From Epithemia pelagica (Eukaryota; Protista; Bacillariophyta), in assembly GCA_946965045.2 (NCBI GenBank), contig OX337233.1:2604001-2668000 (forward strand): DNA of 64,000 bases. The letters are read 5' to 3'. Below are positions 55,532 through 64,000 of the stretch, one piece after another. Positions within the stretch are counted from its first letter, which is position 1. Each line of letters opens with the position of its first letter. The notes beneath the pieces are model-generated. The model worked only from the letters and a program-made list of their open reading frames with translations. It had not been told where the DNA came from and did no database searches. The position numbers and the translations under genes are program-made.

Positions 55532-56083
55532 CTGTAACATATTGTATCAAGAACAAACGCGGTGTCGATTCTCCTGGTAAAACGGAACCTAGAATGGCAT
55601 CGACTTGGCGTTCTACCCCCTGTCTCTTATTTGGCATGTCCCTCGTACTACAAGGTTCCTATTAGTCTTTCTGAGAATATCAGAGCAAAGACTCTTTTCT
55701 CAACGCAACGGATGCCATGGCTCCATACTTGAACCCCTCTCTCCCTGTCTCTTGGAGCACAAAGAGAAGTAGACATAGAACCTATTCTGTACAAAGTAGT
55801 AACAACATCCTTTGCTTTTCACGACTCCACATCTACGTTAAGTTTCTTACGTGTTCCACTTTGTTCCGTAGCAATGAAAAAGCGCAAAACCTTTGTAAGT
55901 ATCTTTTCGGAACAGGATGGACGCAAACTTCCAGCTGATGGCAAAGGATAATTATCCTTTTCTTTCTGTTCCAAAGGCTATGCTTTAGAATCACTGGTTA
56001 AGGTCGCACGAATGTTGCGGTGATACTCTGGTAAGAGGTATGCTGAGGCCAAACCGTTACTCCAAGACCAGGCCCCGTCTGCT

Positions 56084-58135
56084 TCATGTTTGCTCATCGT
56101 CCGGATCATCGTAAAAGTTTCCTTGCATGTAACGCAGCAACCGATTTGTCGCAGAAAAGCTGACACAATATACTGTCTTTCCGGGAGCGACATCCCGAAC
56201 ATTGTGCACATGAACATTACAGCCAAAGTTTTGGTCCAGTTCTTCCCATCGTGTCATGGTTCCAGACGAGGAGGCTTGTCCAGGAAGAACAGGGAGTAAA
56301 TGCGATGCCACTTCATTGACTGCCTGTTGTTCCAGCATACGATTCTTTTCTGCATTCGTCAGAGATTTTTCCGATTTGGATTCGCCTGGTTCCTTGGCAA
56401 AGAGATAGACATGGACACGTGGAACAACGTCGTCTTGCTCTTTCTCCGAATGTTTCTTTTTCGGGCCTCCTCGACGGCTTCCTCGAGAGCGCGAAGGACG
56501 CCACCATCGAAGGGCACCCAAGAAAGAGGCCGAATCCAATGGATAATTCAACACAACGTGATGGGGAAGGTCAGATGGCAAAGATCCGTTCCGTGAGTGA
56601 GAATCTGCTTCGTCATTTTGCCCATGTCGTAGTTGTGGTTGTTGTTCTTGGCTCGAGAGACCGAGACTGGTCAAGAATTCATAAGCATCACCACAGGTTA
56701 TTTGATGAAAGGAGTTGGTCAGTTTGTTGGACTTAACATTTTGTTTCAAAGCCTCTATGGCTGCCGGATTCCAGTCGTTGGCTGTAATGACACATTTCTT
56801 GTGTAGAGCTGCTTGTAGACACAAAGCCCCGACTCCACAAAACGCATCGGCAATCCATTGGCCTTTCCGAAATTCTTTCTGAATCAAACGTTTACGTTCT
56901 GTTGATAGACGACTGCTCCAATAAACGTCACGCACATCGAACTGTAGTCCAACACCCCACTCTGAAAAAGACACGACGGTACTGCTCTTCTTACCCGTAC
57001 TTTCTCCCGCGTTGTTTGTTGTCGCCTTGGCTCTGTCTCCTTCGTCGAGTTCTGCCACAATCTCGTAGGGATAGGTTCGATACGGACCCGACACTTCTCC
57101 CAGTTTTTGAATCACGGTTCTCAAACCAGGCACGACTCCCAGTATGACATCTCCAATCAAGTATCGGTACGGCAAATGGCCGGATCTCAAGTTTAAGTGA
57201 GCCACATGGCCAATTTGTTCATAAGACGAAGGTGGCGGATGGCACTCTTGGGGCAACAGGCGTTCCAGAATGTAGTCCACGGTGAAATCGGAATATCGCA
57301 TTTGATGATTGTACACGTGTGGAGTTCCCGAGTCGGGTGATGGTGGAGAAGTACCATCTACATTGTTTGATCGCAAGAGCTCTTGAAGAGTTTCGGGAAG
57401 ATCCTTGAAAAGTGGTGTATCCGGATGCAACAAAACAAGTTTATATTGATCGTCACGAGGGTCGGTCTGGATGAGGCGAACTTTTCGATTTCGACGTATA
57501 TGACACCAAGTCTCCATACGAGATGCCAAGTATTGTTGAGTCATTTCTGATTCTAAAAGTATTTGCAAGGCGGTGCTCCCTTGTTTGGGAACTCTCCAGC
57601 ATGGAAATCGTAGGATTGGATTGAGGGATGGAAGATCGCGCCAACCACGAGTCATTTGATCAATTTCAGCCATTGCCTCTACTGATAGGGGTTCCATGTT
57701 GTAGTTATTATTTGGAAAGATAGGGTCACTTTCATCCTTTGCGTGTTCGTTTCTTTCTTCCGCATCGAATGCTTGAAGAGAAGTGTACTTGGATGGTGAC
57801 GATAAGAAACGAGCCGATCCTCTCGGTGTCAAGGTGTAAGGACGTTTCCTTCTTCGATGCGTGGACAAAGAATGGAAACAACACTTCGTCTTTGACGTCC
57901 ATCTGTCATTCTCCTTTTCACTGCTCGTCCTCGGACTGTAATTATACGTGAACAATAATCGTCGAACGTCTGCCCCCGTTCTTGTGATACCACTACGGTG
58001 AGAGGCGAAGCAGAATTGCATGGAGGATAGCGACAAAATCACCATGGCCTGGAACACAACAATATTGTGGTGTTGAAGCCGTCTTTGTGGAGAAGAAGGA
58101 TGATGGCGATACTTGTTCCGACGATTCCGAGACAT
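56084..58135 (-). CDS. TRM5: tRNA (guanine37-N1)-methyltransferase, Trm5/Met-10+ family
   Basis: PSSYEQIGHVAHLNL, VYWSSRLSTER, DAFCGVG, ANDWNP, VVLNYP, VRDVAPGK. Confidence 0.92.
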   Translation of the reverse strand: MSRNRRNKYRHHPSSPQRRLQHHNIVVFQAMVILSLSSMQFCFASHRSGITRTGADVRRLLFTYNYSPRTSSEKENDRWTSKTKCCFHSLSTHRRRKRPYTLTPRGSARFLSSPSKYTSLQAFDAEERNEHAKDESDPIFPNNNYNMEPLSVEAMAEIDQMTRGWRDLPSLNPILRFPCWRVPKQGSTALQILLESEMTQQYLASRMETWCHIRRNRKVRLIQTDPRDDQYKLVLLHPDTPLFKDLPETLQELLRSNNVDGTSPPSPDSGTPHVYNHQMRYSDFTVDYILERLLPQECHPPPSSYEQIGHVAHLNLRSGHLPYRYLIGDVILGVVPGLRTVIQKLGEVSGPYRTYPYEIVAELDEGDRAKATTNNAGESTGKKSSTVVSFSEWGVGLQFDVRDVYWSSRLSTERKRLIQKEFRKGQWIADAFCGVGALCLQAALHKKCVITANDWNPAAIEALKQNVKSNKLTNSFHQITCGDAYEFLTSLGLSSQEQQPQLRHGQNDEADSHSRNGSLPSDLPHHVVLNYPLDSASFLGALRWWRPSRSRGSRRGGPKKKHSEKEQDDVVPRVHVYLFAKEPGESKSEKSLTNAEKNRMLEQQAVNEVASHLLPVLPGQASSSGTMTRWEELDQNFGCNVHVHNVRDVAPGKTVYCVSFSATNRLLRYMQGNFYDDPDDEQT

Positions 58136-58712
58136 GGCGCCTCCCGGATTTTGGAATGGACGAGAGACAAAAGAAAAAAGCGGTCCGAAGATCCATCATT
58201 CGGAGGAATCGCACTTTAGACGTGGATCAATGGCAGTTAAGGTGAGCCGTGCACACGTGCCCGGCATCGAGCCGAGCACGTGCACATGTTCCAATAAGTA
58301 TAACTACCTATAACTCAGTGTAATGAGCGCCGGGCGGTCCAGATCCTGTGACATCGGTTTCGGGCTGCATACAAATTCCCAGCACACCACCGAGAGCGAC
58401 AACACTGCCTAAAAATCTGCTATTGCCTGTAGAAGTGGGGACGGCGCTTTCCACGACGGCATCACTATCACTTCGATCACCACATTCTCTGTGGACGGTC
58501 TGTGTGTGGCCAATTGAAGTGTCAAAACGGATCACTCCCATCACTTGCTGTTTTTATGATAACAATGCTGAAATACCTTTTGTATGTGCAACGTACCTGT
58601 CAAAAGCCTTGAAACAGATTTTTGTTGTCTTTCCTTTACGACCACCATCCGTCCATTGGGACATTTGGGAAACCGACACACATTAGCGGTAGGATTGGGA
58701 ACCTGAGAGATC

Positions 58713-61700
58713 ATGGTTCTGGAACGATATTTGACCGACATTTTGGCCAGTCAGTTTGGTCATTTCGTGGAGGGCTTGGACAAGAATCAAGTGCGATTGT
58801 CGGCACTTTGGAAGGGTCAGGTATCGTTGCAAAATGTACGGTTGCGTCGACAGGCCCTCGACCATTTTCCCCTGGCGAGCAACAGCGACGTTAAGACACC
58901 CGTGGAAATTGCGCATGGTCATGTCGGAACCTTGCAACTTAACATTCCCTGGCAGGTCGTCTTGCAATTGTGGAAAGGGAGTGATCGCCACCATTTGTCC
59001 AAAACGAGAGGAACACCATCGGCTGCCTCCACAAAGAAACTCCGACGAACTCGCAACGCAATGGTCAAACAGGGTGGATCCGTGTCGTTGGTCCTCAAAG
59101 ATGTTCACATTTTGATTGTTCCAAGACGGAAACAAGAAACATTCAAAGAAGAAGAGCGCAGCTCTGAAAAGGACACTGAAATCAACACAAACAACGAAAC
59201 CTCAACGTACGACAGCACCAAAGTTAAGGATGGTGCCAACAGCAGTGATATTGAGATAGAGCAAGAAATTCAAGCTGCGTTAGAGGCCGAACTCGTTCGT
59301 CTGGCTACCAATATATCAAATAATAATCCGGCGTCCTCGGCAACCCATCCGCCTTTGGCCAGTCCGCAAGGAGATGGGACAAAGACCACCAGGCGCGGAC
59401 GAGCGTGGCATTTTTGGTTGCAAGAGCGGGTGGCTCATATATTAGAGAATCTCACTGTCACGGTTCAAAACATTCATGTTCGCTACGAAGATCCTGGCTC
59501 CTCATTGGGCTTTGTATGGGATCAAGATTCTGGAGTGACTGCAAGTGGCGACCACTCTGGCAACGGAAAACAGCATAGACCTTCCTTTTGCGTGGGGCTC
59601 ACGTTGAAACAATTCACAATTCATTCGATCCAGCATCCTACAACAACTAAGACATCATCGACCTCAGAAAGCAAGGAAGGGGGTGATGAGAAAGGATCTG
59701 CCAACTCTCCACAAGTCTCCAAAAATGCGGCACCAATGAAACCCACTGCCGCGGAAGCTAGTGGTTTTATGACGCGGTACAAACGAGCTGCCGCAGTGGA
59801 TCTGGCAGTCTATTGGAACAGTGGAACGCCAATTATGTCCCAAGTCAAGGAAAATGCCAATTACGGTGAATCGTTCTACGAGCATGCGTTTCTTGCCTTT
59901 CAGAATGGTGGTCAAAGCGATGCCAAGGAGGGATCGAGTTTATCCGAATCTGCGCGCACGGCTCTCTTTGGCCTTTTCCCACCTTCGTCTTCCAAAGATG
60001 GAAGCAATGACATGAACACTTATGTGTTGCATCCTTTCTCCCCATCAGTTACTTTTGAGGTTGTCCATTCTCGGAACCGACGGCCCCCAACTGGTAGCAC
60101 TATGTCAACACAAGTGCCTCCGTCCACGGTAGAGGCTCGATTGCCTCCCTGTCATTTCACTGTATCGAGAGATCTCGTGGAAGATTTGGGCTATTTAAGA
60201 AAATCCTTTGCCGTTTGGGTTCAGGCACGGAAGTACGAACATCTACGGACCGTTGTCAAAAAGCGACCGACCGTGTCGGTACATGAAGATCCGAGAGCTT
60301 GGTGGAAGTATGCCTTTGAATCTGTCTTGGCTGTGTTGCGGTGCTCGTCTGATGAACAAGAAAACCATGGGAAGCAACGTGATGAGACCATTGCATCCAA
60401 TCCCCGGCCTTCGGAAACAAAATCAACAGAGAAATTGCAATATCGATTGCCACCACACAGTCGTCAGGGATGGCATGCGCTCGCAAGTGCCATTTTGACC
60501 AGAAGAAAGTACATGGGACTTTATCGAGAATTCTTTGGTACCCACGGTCGAGATCGGTCGGCCCATGAGCAGCTTCAACAAATGGAGCGATATGAACTGA
60601 CGACTGAGGAGGTTGTTGCATTTCGTATCCATGCAGCTCGCCAAACACAGAGTCTCCCTATTCAGCATAGCATGTCGGACGGAAAGTTGGTGCATACAGA
60701 GGGCGATGACAATACCGAAACTTCAACTGAATCTGTCGCCCTGACTGGATCCGTCACGACCGAAGGGTCCTTGGAGAAGGAAATGGAGGAATCTGCTGTA
60801 TTGTCTGCAGAGCATCGTTTTCGCATGTTTGTCGAGATGAAGCAAACGCTCTTCGTCGCTGATGGAGGCAAGTTTTCGATCGAAGACGAGGATGATGATT
60901 CTTCCACTACAACTGCTACAACGAACTTCCACGAGCAGCCCTTTGGTTTGGACAATCCCAAGAATAGGTTGTCTTGGACAACACACATAAGCTGCTCTGA
61001 AGTATCCCTCCAAGTGAATGACAAGCGGATTAAACGCCGACATCGAGATGTGCCTGCACCTGTTGTTCGATTGCTTTTTGCCTTCATGCAAGAACAGCGT
61101 TTGTTCTTGGATGGTTCCTGGGAACTCGCATTGTCTGTTGGTTCTTTGCATGTCGAGGATCTTACCAGCACGGCGATCAATAATCCTATTTCCAAAATGT
61201 TGGGGCCAAAACATCGCCACTCTTTTCCACAGCATCAAGAGGATGACTCGTTTGTCCTAGAAGATGTTCCTCATATATGCTCAGGGAGCTTGCGAATACG
61301 GCGGTCTCAGCATGGCTTTCGTACTCATGAATTTGGATCCACGACGTGGACAGACGTGCGTGTATTGCCGTTGGAGATATGCTATTTCACAGCGCCCGTT
61401 GAAGCACTTGTACGGATCCTGAACACGGCAAACTTGGACTTTGCCTACGATTATCAGCGTTTGGGTGTACAGATTTATGAGTGGAGAGAACGACAGCGGA
61501 AAAGGCTCCTGGCAGCTCTTTCTCATAAGCAGAAGTCAATATTTGTTCAAATCAATGTCGGAGCACCAACAATTCTTCTTCCCGACGAGGATTCGTTGCT
61601 GATCGTGGACCTGGGCCACTTGACGTTTTCCAATGACGATATGAATAGACCTGCTGCAACAGGATTTCAGTATGACGACCATTGGAGACTTGAACTAGCT

Positions 61701-64000
61701 AGTATTCAAGTCCAATGCGCCAGCGTCAAAACGTACAAGTCAATATCGTCCCTGGCAGAAGTTTCCTCATACGACGAGGCACAGCGTACTGCTTCAGGTT
61801 CCGTGGATACGATGCAACAACTTATTGAGCCATTCTCTCTCATCTTTGCGGTATCCACCAAGTTTCATGACAACGGTACAACTAGAACTGATTCAGTGCT
61901 TGTTAGGGCCTCTCTCCCTCGGTTAGCTTTCAACTTAACCTCATCAGCCATACGGTTAGTTCAGCGGCTGCGGCAGCAATGGGATGAACGTCAGATCGAA
62001 ATCCGGTCGTCTCTTTTACTTCCAAGTAGAGTCTTGGGTGGACTTGCGGGAAAGTCGCCGATCGCAAATTCCAACAGATCGTATCGACCAAGCACCCGGA
62101 AAATTGAGTTCAATTTCAATGCGCCACTACTTCGCTTCAAATGCGAGAATGATGTAGATGGTCGTGACTGCAACAGCAGCAACACCAACTCAACACAGTT
62201 GCTGGATTTGTCGTTTCGCGGCATTGAAGGGTCCTGGACATCATCACTGCTGCCTTCTGGCGCTGTACACATTGCCAGCGAAGCAAAGCTGCGCGGTGTA
62301 GACTGTGTGGATCTGTACCAAGGGGCGGGAGAAGAATTTTCACTTCTCATCTCCTCAATCCCACCAGAATCGATATTTAACTCGGAGAACCGTTCTAGCG
62401 ATCGCTACATGAACAGCACAGACCTTGTGTCCGTCAATTTTGAGTCTTCGATTGGGAACACAAATCTTCAGTCAGGGAAAACAACATCACGCTTGAAAAT
62501 TGCGTCTCACGAACTATTTGTCGAATGGAATGCAGAGACAATTGCCGCCGTACAGAAAGCTTTCAAAGTTCCGAATGAATTGATTCTTTCCAAAGATGAC
62601 ACCGACTCCCAATCCGAGGAATTCTTTGACGCTGAAGAGGACGATTTTCACGATGCCGGTTCTGTCCTTACAGTGTCATCCGATGATGAATTCCCCCTGG
62701 AAGACATTCCGTCTCTGCAATATCCTTTGGAGAGATATCAAATGATGGTGCTGGAAAATGGTGGTCTGCTCAAGCGTGATTCTTCTCCCCCAAACCCTGC
62801 TGCATTGCTGTCATCTTTTTCGTCTTCTCCAACTACTGCTTCACCAGGCATCCCGCCATCGAATCCTAAATCGTTTGAAATTGCTTTCGATCTTTCCAAG
62901 TTGAGAGTGAATTTCAACAAAGAGTCAAGACATAGAAGAGTGGTTTCGGCTGAAATGGACAGAACTTCTGTCCATTATTCCTCCAGGGAGGAAGGAGGAT
63001 ATATGGCCAGCGTTACACTGGGTAACTTTGTTTTATCTGATGCCGACAGCGTTGACAATAAAACTCTTTACCGAGAGATAGTGGGACTGAAAACGGATGT
63101 ACCCCTTGATCGTGGCAAGCAAGCTTCTTTGCTGCAGATGAAAATTGTTAAGAATCCTCGTTTAAGGAGGTTTGTTTCTGAACAAGTTGAACGAGAAGAC
63201 AGTGGAACTGCAGACGAGGAAAGTGTCACTATTGATACATCCAACGCAATCGTACAGGGCTGTGACATATATTTCAAAGCGGAGTTCAGTCCAATGCGTT
63301 TCGTCTACCTACAACAATTATGGTTTGAAGTGATCGACTATTTCTTTGAAGGAATTATTGGCTACGAAGTTTGGGGGAACAAGCGCCCGGGCCCAGTCCC
63401 TGAAAGCCAGCTGAAGTTCGCTCCTACTAACGCAAATGACTTCGCATTTACAAGATTTGATATTTCTTTGGATTCGCCGGTGATTCTTGTCCCCGTGTCG
63501 TACTGCTGCACAGACTTTTTGAGAATTGAGACCGACATAATAAAAGTTGGAAATAGATACGATTACAGCCCTTTACGGACCGAAAGTTCCCAGGACCAGT
63601 CGAAGTCGATGCTCAAACAACAATGGTTCAACAACTGTACCGTAAAAATTGGGAATGTGACGCTCTCAAGTTGGTCTGGTCGACGTTTGAACTCCTCCGA
63701 TGATGAGGTGAATGCTCGTATTGAGATGAATTGGCCTGCTGGGCCGACTGCATTCTTGAACAAACCGAAATGGAAGGTTAAGTGCAGCTTCGACAAGACG
63801 GAGGTTTCGTTGCTGCGCGAGGACTATGCATTAGTTCAGCACATTGTTGCTTCCAACTTTGGTGAAGGTTCAAGGCACCTTGATGAGTGGGACGCACTGC
63901 AGAATCTACCACCGTTAGTGTTGGAAAGATACAAAGAAGATATCATGGTCCATTTTGGTTACGACAAGAAGGATGTCACACCAACGACTTTTTGTGTTGC
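58713..64000 (+). CDS. VPS13: VPS13-family lipid-transfer protein (partial; runs off the window end)
   Basis: Chorein_N start MVLERYLTDILASQFGHFVEGLDKNQVRLSALWKGQVSLQNVRL...GTLQLNIPW, then IQNIHVRYED- and WWKYA-type motifs. The frame appears open to the window end, which would explain its absence from the ORF track; not every codon was checked. Confidence 0.88.
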   Translation, partial: MVLERYLTDILASQFGHFVEGLDKNQVRLSALWKGQVSLQNVRLRRQALDHFPLASNSDVKTPVEIAHGHVGTLQLNIPWQVVLQLWKGSDRHHLSKTRGTPSAASTKKLRRTRNAMVKQGGSVSLVLKDVHILIVPRRKQETFKEEERSSEKDTEINTNNETSTYDSTKVKDGANSSDIEIEQEIQAALEAELVRLATNISNNNPASSATHPPLASPQGDGTKTTRRGRAWHFWLQERVAHILENLTVTVQNIHVRYEDPGSSLGFVWDQDSGVTASGDHSGNGKQHRPSFCVGLTLKQFTIHSIQHPTTTKTSSTSESKEGGDEKGSANSPQVSKNAAPMKPTAAEASGFMTRYKRAAAVDLAVYWNSGTPIMSQVKENANYGESFYEHAFLAFQNGGQSDAKEGSSLSESARTALFGLFPPSSSKDGSNDMNTYVLHPFSPSVTFEVVHSRNRRPPTGSTMSTQVPPSTVEARLPPCHFTVSRDLVEDLGYLRKSFAVWVQARKYEHLRTVVKKRPTVSVHEDPRAWWKYAFESVLAVLRCSSDEQENHGKQRDETIASNPRPSETKSTEKLQYRLPPHSRQGWHALASAILTRRKYMGLYREFFGTHGRDRSAHEQLQQMERYELTTEEVVAFRIHAARQTQSLPIQHSMSDGKLVHTEGDDNTETSTESVALTGSVTTEGSLEKEMEESAVLSAEHRFRMFVEMKQTLFVADGGKFSIEDEDDDSSTTTATTNFHEQPFGLDNPKNRLSWTTHISCSEVSLQVNDKRIKRRHRDVPAPVVRLLFAFMQEQRLFLDGSWELALSVGSLHVEDLTSTAINNPISKMLGPKHRHSFPQHQEDDSFVLEDVPHICSGSLRIRRSQHGFRTHEFGSTTWTDVRVLPLEICYFTAPVEALVRILNTANLDFAYDYQRLGVQIYEWRERQRKRLLAALSHKQKSIFVQINVGAPTILLPDEDSLLIVDLGHLTFSNDDMNRPAATGFQYDDHWRLELASIQVQCASVKTYKSISSLAEVSSYDEAQRTASGSVDTMQQLIEPFSLIFAVSTKFHDNGTTRTDSVLVRASLPRLAFNLTSSAIRLVQRLRQQWDERQIEIRSSLLLPSRVLGGLAGKSPIANSNRSYRPSTRKIEFNFNAPLLRFKCENDVDGRDCNSSNTNSTQLLDLSFRGIEGSWTSSLLPSGAVHIASEAKLRGVDCVDLYQGAGEEFSLLISSIPPESIFNSENRSSDRYMNSTDLVSVNFESSIGNTNLQSGKTTSRLKIASHELFVEWNAETIAAVQKAFKVPNELILSKDDTDSQSEEFFDAEEDDFHDAGSVLTVSSDDEFPLEDIPSLQYPLERYQMMVLENGGLLKRDSSPPNPAALLSSFSSSPTTASPGIPPSNPKSFEIAFDLSKLRVNFNKESRHRRVVSAEMDRTSVHYSSREEGGYMASVTLGNFVLSDADSVDNKTLYREIVGLKTDVPLDRGKQASLLQMKIVKNPRLRRFVSEQVEREDSGTADEESVTIDTSNAIVQGCDIYFKAEFSPMRFVYLQQLWFEVIDYFFEGIIGYEVWGNKRPGPVPESQLKFAPTNANDFAFTRFDISLDSPVILVPVSYCCTDFLRIETDIIKVGNRYDYSPLRTESSQDQSKSMLKQQWFNNCTVKIGNVTLSSWSGRRLNSSDDEVNARIEMNWPAGPTAFLNKPKWKVKCSFDKTEVSLLREDYALVQHIVASNFGEGSRHLDEWDALQNLPPLVLERYKEDIMVHFGYDKKDVTPTTFCV

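Noticed and set aside
56084-58135. Functional link between Trm5 (m1G37) and the G37-junction permuted tRNA-Cys
   Set aside because: The genes are 46 kb apart and Trm5 is a universal housekeeping gene; co-occurrence is not evidence.

Overview
Gene-dense eukaryotic nuclear DNA, most likely from a pennate diatom. Evidence: short GT-AG introns (about 90-230 nt), bipartite signal-peptide plus ASAF-type plastid presequences, and a plastid GapC1. Species not determinable. About 24 protein genes can be supported: GSK3, aspartokinase-homoserine dehydrogenase, sulfotransferase, TPR protein, TPP1/Est3-like OB protein, two REase-kinase (Crinkler/CR-like) genes, cpFtsY, a Gly/Asp-repeat membrane protein, a KIX/Q-rich protein, GapC1, HAD phosphatase, DnaJ, two MTA/SAH nucleosidases, ankyrin-like protein, CPBP protease, thylakoid signal peptidase, PRL phosphatase, rhomboid, RING-H2, LsrG/ABM-like protein, trypsin, GUCD1, Trm5, and a VPS13 that runs off the right end. 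The standout is at 10134-10211 (- strand): a complete circularly permuted tRNA-Cys(GCA) gene with its 3' half upstream of its 5' half, a 6-nt spacer, an upstream TATA and a downstream T4 terminator. Permuted tRNAs are known from a red alga, prasinophytes, a chlorarachniophyte nucleomorph and an archaeon; I know of no diatom report. Next to it, two different PIF/Harbinger-type MITEs sit back to back and share a TTA target site. All protein calls come from motif recognition by eye; no database search was run.
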